Source: Naegleria gruberi | Taxonomy: Eukaryota | Strand: one strand, 5' to 3' | Length of the DNA stretch: 64,000 nucleotides | NCBI GenBank assembly: GCA_000004985.1 | Contig: GG738857.1 | Part shown: piece after piece, positions 11,375 to 21,309 of the stretch | How the letters are laid out: each line of letters begins with the position of its first letter | Numbering within the stretch: position 1 is the first letter of the stretch | The notes under the pieces: model-generated | Seen by the model: the letters and a program-made list of their open reading frames with translations, nothing else | What the model was told of the DNA's origin: nothing | The model's database searches: none | Position numbers and translations under genes: made by a program

Positions 11375-13161
11375 ATGTTGCCTTTCTTACTGTTTCTCTG
11401 TTTGCTTGTGGCAGTTTCGCTTTGGCTCTTGTATTTCAAGTTTTACAAACCATATCTTGATTGTCAAGTATTGCTGGAAGATATTCAAAGTGCAGCAGAT
11501 GAGAAAGTTGAAAGAATTGGAGATACAGCAATAATCCTAGGAGGATCCTTTGCTGGACTGACAAGTGCCATTGTACTGTCAAAATATTACAGAAGGGTAA
11601 TTATTGTGGATCGAACTGTGATGGAGCCACTTGAAACTGTGGCCAAAGCCAGACAGGGAGAACAAGCTCATGCTATTTCATATCGTTCATTATTGGTGTG
11701 GGATCGATTATTGCCAGGATTTTGGTCCGAGTTGGTAGAAATGACAAAAGCTAATCGACTTTCACAATTAATGTTTCCTGCCACCGAAGTCAAATATTTC
11801 TACAGGGAAGGTTATAATTTGAGTGGACATTTTGATTTGAGAAGTAGATCGATTATTACTGCCAGTAGAGGACAGATGGAAACTGCACTCAGAGAAAGGA
11901 TTAGAAAAGATTTGAAGAATATTGAGATATTCGATGGATACAATGTTTCCTCTAATGGAATCAATATTGAAAGAGTACAAGAGAGCAACAATGGAGAGAA
12001 GGTTGTACGTGTCAAATCAGTGACCATTGCAAAGTGTTCACAAGAAAATGATCCAGCAGATCGATTGATAATTGATTGTGATTTGTTTGTCAATTGTGCT
12101 GGTGTAGGATCCAATGTTTTGATGAAAAACATTGAAAATGAAGTTTCACCTCATAAGAAACTATTAACCAAATCTAAGGTAGAAGTCAAGATTAGATATC
12201 AAACTGTTTATTTTGAACCTAAGGATACTTCATACGATAGTGAAGGAAAGGTCGTTCTCTGTCGTGAAGATAGACAAGTGAATGAGAATAGAAAGATTAA
12301 TGATCCATACTATATGATTTATCACTTGTTGACCTACCCAAATACAAAGGGAATGCTCATAATGCCATTCACTGACAATACCATGTTGCTCCTCTTACAC
12401 AATTACAATGAGAAAATTGAGTCATTGACTCCAGAACGTGCAAAGGAGCAAATTTTAGAATTTTGTAAAGATTTCCCAGATATGGAGAAGGACACTTCAC
12501 ATGTATTGGATCTACTCAAAGATGAACCAAAGAGAATAGCTCCAATCTATGAAAAGAATGGCAGCGAATACGTACACTATGAAAATTTAAAGAATGTCAA
12601 AGGATTTATTGCACTCGGTGATGCTGTTGGTAAGTTGTGTGTGGAAAATATTCAATTTAATCCTTTTGCATTCAAACATTAGCTTCTCTCAATCCTATTT
12701 ATGGCCAGGGAATTACCTTGTCTGTAGATTCGGCAGTATTTTTGGATAGCATGATCAAGAAGGAGCTCGAAACATCCAATAAGGCAGTATTTAATGCCAA
12801 GTTTTGTAACAAGTTTCAATTGGCTCTTTCCAAGACCTATTTAGTTCCTTGGATTTTGGGGTCTAGCTCCGATTTGAGATTTGACTTTTCTAAATATTCA
12901 AAGAACCTCTACTTACAAAAATTGGTTGCTCCACTATTGGCTTGGCTCACTGATAGATTATTCATTTCAAGTCACTACTCTGCAGTATCGAGTTATTACT
13001 TTCAAACTGTCTTGATTATGGATGATGGTTTCAGAAAGCAATTGTTAAATCTTCGTTGGTTGCTTGGCTATGTTTTCTGGAGAGAGCTCAAAATGGCCAT
13101 GTGGTGCCTTGCTATCGCCGCTTTGTGTACCTTGGCTGTTGTTGGTGTGGAAAATTATTAA
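11375..13161 (+). CDS. FAD-dependent monooxygenase-like oxidoreductase with N-terminal membrane anchor; join(11375..12629,12683..13161), 53-nt GTAAGT..TAG intron
   Basis: Rossmann dinucleotide motif (AIILGGSFAGLTSAIVLS...VIIVDR). After splicing the conserved GDA-x(n)-GQG motif is restored (ALGDAVASLNPIYGQGITLSVDSA). Intron phase 1 is consistent at both junctions. Hydrophobic stretches at both termini. Confidence 0.6.
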
Positions 13162-13400
13162 GGTATCCTAATTCCGAACGATCGCACACTCCTTTGGAAA
13201 CACTTTTTCACACAATTTACCAAAAATGTTTCTGACACAGCTGTTTCAGTTTGGGTAATAAATAAGGTTGTTCAATGCACACAGTTTGTTGGCTCTGTTT
13301 TTGAAAAAAACAACATACCAACAAACCTCACATCTTTACTGTGGTGGTGGTCAATATCAAATTGTTCTTACTAAGATAATTCACATTAAAAGGGAGAAGA

Positions 13401-13767
13401 ATGGGAACTTGTGCAAGCATTCCAGACCATCATCATTCAGAGACTATTGAGGATGTTCAGGATGTTGCAGCTGGGGATGATAAGGACTCGATTCATGTCT
13501 CCTCAATAAGTGGCTGCTCAGAGAAGGGGAATAACAATAACATCATAGAGGCTGTTGAGACGATAATCTTCTTCTCAAAACAGGAGAGGAGAATAATGCT
13601 ACCTTCTTCATCGACCTCTTCTATTGACAGTAAAGTGTTGAAACCATCATCTGTTATTTTACATTCGGAGGATGGAAAACATTTAGCTAAGGAAATTAAC
13701 ATTCCAGTGAATCAAATTCCAGTCATTAAGGAAATGAGTCCTCAAAATCAAGAAGTTCTGGTCATTG
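13401..13767 (+). CDS. Hypothetical protein with N-myristoylation-type start (MGTCAS...); 3' end lost in assembly gap (partial)
   Basis: ORF starts MGTCASIPDHHH (Gly2, Ser6) and runs into the N-gap at 13768. Confidence 0.3.
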
Positions 13768-13871
13768 NNNNNNNNNNNNNNNNNNNNNNNNNNNNNNNNN
13801 NNNNNNNNNNNNNNNNNNNNNNNNNNNNNNNNNNNNNNNNNNNNNNNNNNNNNNNNNNNNNNNNNNNNNNN
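13768..13871. other. Assembly gap (104 N)
   Basis: Run of n characters. Confidence 1.
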
Positions 13872-13906
13872 GGAATGAAACACTAGTGTTCAACCTTCAA
13901 CGTAAT

Positions 13907-15112
13907 TTATTGGAAATGATCAATGTAGAGATGACATGTCCTTGCAATAATATCCATACCAACCCGAGCACTCTTTTCCTTAAGGAATTGTGGATCTTTG
14001 AGTTTACCACTTTGCAAATAATATTTCCAATGACTTCCAATACCTAGCACGCAATAACACATCTGGAGAACTATGCAATGTTTGTAGGATTCAAGGAAAC
14101 TCTCCCAACTCAACTTGTTACCACTCAATGATTCAAAGTATTCACGGAGGAGCGACTCTTCCACTGTCCTCCTCTTTTGAATGGATATGCTTTGGGCAGT
14201 AAAATGTGAAAGATCATAGGAGCAAGGACCTTTGCTTAAGGATTGAAAATCAATAAATTTTACAGAATTTCCTTTCTTAATAATATTTTCCAATCTAAAA
14301 TCACCGTGAACGGCAAATGCTTGATCATTTTGGAGGTACGAGAGCGAGTTCTTAATGTTGGCCACCAAATTTGGCAACTCTATTCTTGTGTGAAAATGTT
14401 GCAAAATGGTATCACTGTAAGTAGACCAATCTAGTTCCTTAATAACGTCCAAAAATATTGTCCAGTCCCCCTCAACCTTCGCACAAACAGTTTCCACCAG
14501 ATATTTATCAAGATTTTCCTCCTTTTCTAGTAGCGAGTTAAATTCAAAGAAGAGAACTCCATTTATGAAGGAGTAAAACAAGCTCCTAACATTCAAATCA
14601 GAAAGATTGCTCCCAATTTCGAGTTGGACTCTCTGCCAATGTCTCAATATATTAGATGCATCCTCAATAGAGCAATCACTCAATTGATCCATTTCTCCAA
14701 TTCCACAATCTTCCATTACAATGTAAAATAATTGCTCTTCTTCATTCAAATATCCACTGGCAAATATCTTTGGTAAGCCATCAACTTTTTTCTTCATCAT
14801 CAACCATCTACAAAATTCCACTTCATTTCTGTATTGATTCTTCAATAGAGGTCTCATCTTTCCATTCGTACTAGCCAACTTGACAATCACACTCTCCTCT
14901 CCAACTTGTATTCTCAGCACCACACCACAAAATCCCTTCATTGTATTTACAATATTTCCATTCCTCAAGACCAGTTCCCAGGAAACATCTTCCCTCTTTT
15001 CATTCAATTGATCTTCAACATTCGATACAGATCGCAATGAATCACTCTTCTTGATCAATACCGTGGCATCATCAAGTAAGCCAGCATACAACCGCTCAAT
15101 ACAACTTTCCAT
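13907..15112 (-). CDS. Phosphotransferase-family (aminoglycoside/choline-kinase-like, APH fold) protein
   Basis: 401-aa ORF with the Brenner motif (AVHGDFRLENII) and a downstream IDFQSL...SYDL metal-binding region, typical of PF01636-type kinases. Confidence 0.55.
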   Translation of the reverse strand: MESCIERLYAGLLDDATVLIKKSDSLRSVSNVEDQLNEKREDVSWELVLRNGNIVNTMKGFCGVVLRIQVGEESVIVKLASTNGKMRPLLKNQYRNEVEFCRWLMMKKKVDGLPKIFASGYLNEEEQLFYIVMEDCGIGEMDQLSDCSIEDASNILRHWQRVQLEIGSNLSDLNVRSLFYSFINGVLFFEFNSLLEKEENLDKYLVETVCAKVEGDWTIFLDVIKELDWSTYSDTILQHFHTRIELPNLVANIKNSLSYLQNDQAFAVHGDFRLENIIKKGNSVKFIDFQSLSKGPCSYDLSHFTAQSISIQKRRTVEESLLREYFESLSGNKLSWESFLESYKHCIVLQMCYCVLGIGSHWKYYLQSGKLKDPQFLKEKSARVGMDIIARTCHLYIDHFQ

Positions 15113-15394
15113 TTTTTTTAAGGTTTTTTAAAAAATTGGCGCTCTTAAATTTTAAATTGATCAAAAATCGCCCGCGCTGTAATTGGATTTGGTTCTAAAA
15201 ACAACCTCTTCATACAACAAGACTCAGCTTTGGCAAAAATGAGGCTTCCTTCTAACATATTGATTTTGTAAGCTGCTGTGCTAACAAGAAGCTAGGCTTG
15301 TGTTGTAACAAGAACAAAAGATATTTAAGTGAAGATGGGGTCTCTTCTGTTTCACAAGTGCTATTCAGGTTTATTTACAATTTTAATAATTTAT

Positions 15395-17029
15395 TTACTT
15401 GTTGAGTTTGAATTTCTTTGAAGGTTTGGCATCTTGAATGGCACTTGGTCTGTATTCTCCCGAGATACCAATTCCAACATATCCATTTTGTACACTGAGA
15501 TTGGTATTGTCGATGATTAATCCAGGAAGATAGTTGGCCAAATTGAAGAGTGGAATACCATCAGCAAGTTGAATGTTAAGTTGACGAACAACTCCTCTTG
15601 CTACAACAACATTGACAATGAATGCAAAATTCTTAATATCTATTGGTCCAATCCATGATTGTTTCAAGGTGAGAAGAACTGATGGATTATCAATTTCGGC
15701 AGTCATGTTGATGGTAGTGGCATTATTCTTAAGGGAAATCTTATCCAAAGAGAATTGAGCAGCAACTGAGACAGAGAAGGCATTCACAGTTGAAGAACCA
15801 TTTAAAACTTGGAACAACAATTCACCATTGAAATTGGCATTCATTCCAACAGTTGTAATGTTAAAGTCTGGAACTGGTGCATTACTTGGGTTGCTTGACA
15901 AGACCAATTGGACAAGTTGATTTGGATACTTGTTGTAAAGTTCTGGGAGGTAAATCTTCAAACTTGTAGTATTGAGTTGGATCATTTCAGTTGGAGGGAC
16001 CATTTCAGGAGTAACGACAAATGAAATTTGGTTAGATTGGTGGAGACTGAATAATAAACTCTTTACAACAAAGTCAGTAACGTAAATTTGCAATAAATCA
16101 TTACTAGTTGGGCTGGTTGGCAAATCAACTGGTTCAAATGGTAATTTTTCACCGAGAGACTTGTCGAAGAATCTAACTTGAGAGAAGGCACCAACAGTCA
16201 AATAATCAACAACCTTAAAGATATCAAATCCAAAGTCGATCATTAAACTCATAGTTGATGACAAGTTGATTGGCATGATGAATGGTTGTTGAGCAATGTA
16301 ATCATTGACTTCTTGGATCTTCAAATGAATAGTATCAGAAACAGCATTAGCAATAAGTTTGTTAATAGTTGATGTAAAGAGAGAATCGAGCAAATTAATA
16401 ATCCATCCTTGAATACCACCTTCACTAATATGAATCTTCATGTCATACAATTCCAATCCAACTTGTGACATAAATTGTGGTTTTTCGTCAGGAGTAATTG
16501 ACAATTGAAGTCTCAAACCTCCATAAACACTTTCAGTATTAACATCAGCAATACCAGATCCAGTCAAATATGGGAATGACAATTGCTTGTATTGGAATTT
16601 GGTAGTCAAAACCAAACTTGCTTTGGACATTTTAACATAGAAATAATTACCAGTAGGATCCAATGAAGTTTGAATATCTTGTCCCAAGTCAATTTGTTGA
16701 AGTTTCGTTTCACTAACAACAACTTGAACATCACCAATCACTGAAACATGTTGTGTTACATTAATTTGTGGAATGACAATATGATCCTTTACATATTGTG
16801 CAAATTCGTCCTTATTTTTCTTTATAATTTGATTCAAATAGGAAATGTTTAAAAAGCCTGCAGAGGAAGGCTTTAAAGGAGTTGCTTTTATCTTATTTGT
16901 TATTGTTTTAATATTTCCTCGTAAATTTGATCCGCTAATTAATGATGCACACAAGCCGATGATCATCATACCCACTATCATCATCAGCGAGAGAATAAAA
17001 CTTCTCCCTCTATGATTGAATTTAAACAT
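15395..17029 (-). CDS. Secreted BPI/LBP/CETP-like (lipid-binding barrel) protein, putative
   Basis: 544-aa ORF with signal peptide/TM (FILSLMMIVGMMIIGLCASLISG). Overall beta-rich composition and length resemble the BPI superfamily. Assignment from memory only. Confidence 0.4.
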   Translation of the reverse strand: MFKFNHRGRSFILSLMMIVGMMIIGLCASLISGSNLRGNIKTITNKIKATPLKPSSAGFLNISYLNQIIKKNKDEFAQYVKDHIVIPQINVTQHVSVIGDVQVVVSETKLQQIDLGQDIQTSLDPTGNYFYVKMSKASLVLTTKFQYKQLSFPYLTGSGIADVNTESVYGGLRLQLSITPDEKPQFMSQVGLELYDMKIHISEGGIQGWIINLLDSLFTSTINKLIANAVSDTIHLKIQEVNDYIAQQPFIMPINLSSTMSLMIDFGFDIFKVVDYLTVGAFSQVRFFDKSLGEKLPFEPVDLPTSPTSNDLLQIYVTDFVVKSLLFSLHQSNQISFVVTPEMVPPTEMIQLNTTSLKIYLPELYNKYPNQLVQLVLSSNPSNAPVPDFNITTVGMNANFNGELLFQVLNGSSTVNAFSVSVAAQFSLDKISLKNNATTINMTAEIDNPSVLLTLKQSWIGPIDIKNFAFIVNVVVARGVVRQLNIQLADGIPLFNLANYLPGLIIDNTNLSVQNGYVGIGISGEYRPSAIQDAKPSKKFKLNK

Positions 17030-17382
17030 TTTTTTTTGGCTTGATTTATATTTGGCTTGATGGGCAAGATTTTATGGGATTCGAAGTCCGCATTGGAAAT
17101 CATGCCTTTCAGGTTCAACAATAAATGTTATCTAAAACATGTATTATTATAGGTGAATAGGAAGAAGAATCATACCAATAAGACTAATTGCCATTAAAGC
17201 ACAATGCAAATATCATAAAAATTGATTTCATTTTCTTGCATTTTGTAATTTGAATTGCAAAATTAATAATTGTCAAGTACATATTTGTAAGGGTGAATTA
17301 AAATTCTCTCTTTGATATTATTCAAAACTTTTCCCGCCTTCCAGTCTCTACTCGAATGGAAGAGTTTCATAATTAAAAAAAA

Positions 17383-18462
17383 ATGTCTCAACAATCATCA
17401 GTGCAGAGTTTGCTGTTTCCCTTCTTGCAAACTTATCACTGTGGTAATTCGGAATGTAAATACTACAATGAAGAACAATGTCTTGATAGACCTCTCGGGG
17501 AAGAGTTGATAGATTCTGGAATTTCGACATGTTTAAAGTGTTTTTCTTGTGATGATAGTTTACTTCCTTGTGATTGTTGTACACAATTATTTTCAATAGG
17601 TGCTAAAACTTCACCATCATCTAACATGATTAAATTCTGTTCGTATTGTAGCTTTCCGAACGTTTGTCATCCAAAGTGGAGAAGACATGATGGATTTTCA
17701 TTATCGGAACAGGAAAAGCTACAACAAATCAAATACATTCAACTTCAAATTATAGAACATTCATCTGGGGAAGCTACAATTAATCACAGTGAAAAGGAAT
17801 ATGGAAAACACTTGTTGGATAGTTGTCCTAATGATGACCAATTCACAATTGAAATGTTTTACAGATCACCTCTTACTTTTGGTTCTGCTCTGAAAACAAC
17901 ACTTGGAATTTTGACAGAGCCTAAGAAACAATTCTTTGAATCTGATTTTCTCATGCTAAAATCACTCTATGCTAGCTCAATTACTAAAGAGGCTAAATTA
18001 TCGAAACTTTTCGAGAATATTGAAAAACATTTCGTAAAGAACACCTCCCTCCATTCAGTATTGCAGAACATTAACCAATATATTTTAGGCAATGTTAGCT
18101 TTCCACTCCTTCCAAATTGTAGTAAATTGAACACTATCAAAATGATATTTAAGAATCAGTTTTTAATAATGTTGGAAACTCTACGATTGGAATTAACCAC
18201 AAATTTATTACCTAACATAATAGAACCACTCAATGAACACATTACTGAAATATCACAACTAACAAATGAAGGAAAATTGAAAAGTACTACTAAGATACCT
18301 AGACCACTAATCTATCCATTTGGATCCACACCACTAGGAGAAACCAATGAAAGTCAAGAATCTCTGTTTATCAAAAAGTTTGAATTGTGGAGAAGTTTAT
18401 ACTTTCAATTATCCACTATCATTAACTTGCTTTCAACATTCCATCCTTGTACAAGTGTGTAA
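17383..18462 (+). CDS. Hypothetical protein with Cys-rich (zinc-binding-like) N-terminus
   Basis: 359-aa ORF. N-terminal CxxC-type clusters (HCGNSECKYY...CLKCFSCDD...CDCC...CSYCSFPNVCH). Confidence 0.4.
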   Translation: MSQQSSVQSLLFPFLQTYHCGNSECKYYNEEQCLDRPLGEELIDSGISTCLKCFSCDDSLLPCDCCTQLFSIGAKTSPSSNMIKFCSYCSFPNVCHPKWRRHDGFSLSEQEKLQQIKYIQLQIIEHSSGEATINHSEKEYGKHLLDSCPNDDQFTIEMFYRSPLTFGSALKTTLGILTEPKKQFFESDFLMLKSLYASSITKEAKLSKLFENIEKHFVKNTSLHSVLQNINQYILGNVSFPLLPNCSKLNTIKMIFKNQFLIMLETLRLELTTNLLPNIIEPLNEHITEISQLTNEGKLKSTTKIPRPLIYPFGSTPLGETNESQESLFIKKFELWRSLYFQLSTIINLLSTFHPCTSV

Positions 18463-18760
18463 ATAATAAAAACTTCTTCCAATGATGCCATTGTACAAGT
18501 CCAATCGACAATGAATGCATGCTTAGCTTCCTTTCTAGTCATTACTTTGAATAGAGTTTCTAATAATTGTTTGCTATCGTTTTGATGATTACCAATTCTA
18601 AATTCCAATCTGTTTGCAAAAGTTTCATTGTGTGAAATTAAATTAGGTGGAATTCCATTTTCATTTTCAACCAATGAGGTTTGAACATAATTTCTAGCAA
18701 CTTCATTATATTCTGTACTTGATGTTTGGACGTATAACTTGTAAATTATCTCATTCTTTT
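18405..18760 (-). CDS. Small hypothetical protein; 5' end unresolved (no in-frame ATG; an upstream exon is likely). CDS 3' end overlaps the converging gene by about 58 nt.
   Basis: Frame is open from about 18760 to the stop at 18405 (...YNEVARNYVQTSLVENENGIPPNLISHNETFANRLEFRIGNHQNDSKQLLETLFKVMTRKEAKHAFIVDWTCTMASLEEVF...). Confidence 0.25.
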
Positions 18761-18773
18761 GTCAAGATTGACA

Positions 18774-19775
18774 TTATTCCAGCATTTTTTTCACGAATTC
18801 TTCATCCGCATCTAACCTCTCTTGAATAGTATGTTTTGTCTTTTCACACACCCTCTCTACTTGATAATAAATATTCTTCAATTCCTTTTCTATCCTTGCA
18901 TTATTAGTTTGTTGATTGCTGAATCGTTTTTCCCATTCTTTCAAAAACTGCCTTTTCTCTTCTATCATTTCCTTTAAAAGAATTTCAGATTGCTGACAAT
19001 GCTGTTCCTGTAAATCTTTAATCTGAGCTACAATAGAGCGCTTAGTGTAAGGTCTTCATCAACTCCTTCATCATCTTTTTGAATATTTTCAATAAACTTG
19101 GTTCTAAGGATTTTAGCTTGCTCCACTATTGATTTCGGAACTTTCACAGTTTCATTAGTTTCAAATCTTCTATCCTCTTTGATTTTTGCTAATTTTGCTT
19201 TCGTTTCTGCTGCCATTTCCAGAATCTTATTAAACTTTTGTTCATATAGTGGTGACACAGTGCTGAACTTTCTCTTTTTCTCATTTAGTCTCTCACTTTC
19301 ATTGATCACCTTTACACCTCGTTCATACTCATCAATTAATTCCTGAACAGTATCGTTTTTTGATTTCCTAAACAATGGATTGTAGCCACATTCATCTGAT
19401 TCATTATTTTCAATTTCCAATTCCTTATGATTATTACTCCTCCTAGAATTTAATTCATTTTCCTTTAAATCCTTTTCAATCTCGGAAATATGTTTCCTGA
19501 TTAAATCCAAAGATTTGTGCAATGATTCGATAATCAGTACTCGCCCGAGACTTGTTTGGAAGATCCATTCTCTTCATAGCAGCTATGTACAATCTGCTCA
19601 TATTTGCATGCCATTTAATTAAAACAGAATTTGTTGCATTAGAATTTGCTGGTAAATCAATCACGGTTCCGAGAATTTTCACAAATCTATCAAAATCCAA
19701 ACCGACTGCTTCATTGTTATTATTACTAATATCTTGTGATGATGAAGTTTTCATTCCCGACATTTTTAATTGCAA
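18774..19775 (-). CDS. Acidic coiled-coil protein. The locus reads as three consecutive same-strand ORFs (19775..19476, 19522..19028, 18968..18774) in different frames; possible pseudogene or indel-containing assembly.
   Basis: Frame-A and frame-B ORFs overlap at 19476..19522. Candidate GT..AG pairs that would join them are only 23-55 nt long or use weak donors, so no convincing intron is found. Confidence 0.3.
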
Positions 19776-19831
19776 ATGTTTTCATCGCAGTGCATTGGTT
19801 GAGTGAAATAAATTACAATAATGGATTTTAA

Positions 19832-20929
19832 TTATTTAAGGTATGGAATAATGTTATCAATGAACCACTGCTCAGTGAATCGAAGATGATCACCATTGCT
19901 TTCTAAAAAGACCAATTTTCCTGCTTTATCCATTTCTTGTAAGCCAAGCCAATCCTCCTTGTAGAGTGGCGATTCTCTTAATGGAACGACACGTTTATCT
20001 TGTCCAGGTTGATAAAATTCAAATTGTTCAGATTCTATTGGTTGTACGAATGAGTCTTGCAAGAATTTCACCATTACAAATTTGTTCAAGCTCTTTAAAT
20101 TAATCTTGTAAGTTTCATTCTTAATTCTTCCATAATTATTAATGTCTGGAAGGAAAATACACTTATCAATATATTCCTGTTCATTGAAAGGATCATGCCA
20201 ATATTCTGCTTGAACAAGAGAATCTTGAACCCAACCCCAATAAACTCCAATATCCAACATTTCTCTTATATATTCGCAAACTGTATGATTGACTCCAATA
20301 CATTTAGGTAAGCCATAAACTCCTTGATGTTGTCCTCCAATACTGATCAAATTATTAACCTTTGGCAAATTGCATCTTTGAACAAAGGCTGCATTATTAA
20401 AATATCACAATAGGTCAGTAATTGGTTTACAATATAAAACAAACCTCTCAAAAATTGAGATCCTTGAGAGAATCCAATAGCATTAAATCCATCCTTCAAA
20501 TTAGGATCCTTCTTCAACATATCACAAGCCATTTGAACTTGTTTGTTGGCATTCATTAGATAACTATTCTCAACATCTTCCTCTATATTATTTCCAATTC
20601 TAATAGAATGAATATATGGTAAATTTGATGAATTAAATTGTGATCTAATCAGTGTTTCAATCTTTCCCATTGACTATTATTCCGATCCAATTAATAATTA
20701 AATTTATTAGAATTTGATCAACAACAATTGAATAATAACATACAAATGGAAAACAGCATGAATCACCCATACCATGCCACAATACAATTGGTTTAATACT
20801 ATCACTTGATGAAGCAGCAACTTGTTGTGATTTTGGATTGATACGAACCGATAATGATTCCACCTCCGTGCTGATCATGAACACACAAATCACAACCAAC
20901 AATACAAACATGAACCGCCTTTCCTTCAT
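19832..20929 (-). CDS. ppt1: Palmitoyl-protein thioesterase 1; complement(join(19832..20388,20445..20673,20744..20929)), introns 70 nt (GTATGT..TAG) and 56 nt (GTTTGT..CAG)
   Basis: Spliced product is collinear with PPT1. Signal peptide, then PIVLWHGMGDSCC, IGFSQGSQFLRA (nucleophile Ser), ISIGGQHQGVYGLPKC, LVQAEYWHDP, KFVMVKFLQDS, DHL. Both junctions are phase-consistent and restore conserved residues (QFLRA|FVQRC). Confidence 0.85.
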
Positions 20930-21309
20930 TTTTCTATTTCTTGATTTAATTCTATTAAAAGATCACCTCATGATGATCAATAATAGTAACTATCAGCAAT
21001 CAAGCCTTTTATTGCAAATTTTTGTTCTAATAACTGAATGAGATTTCATTAAGCGAAAAGCAATAATTAATTCCTTGATGATATTTTTGTTTTTTAAATT
21101 TTAAAAAAAACAAACAAATATGATTATAAAGTAAAGCATTATTAAAATTTGCTCTTTTATTAAGGAAGTAATGTCAATGGGTCACTGAGAACAAGAGTGT
21201 CTGAATAACAGCAAAACTCCTCACCCAGACATTAATTTTAAGAAATCCATTCGTTCTGAACGTTATGAGAAAGGATATCTAATCCAAAAGTCCGTCACAC
21301 GAAAAGAAA

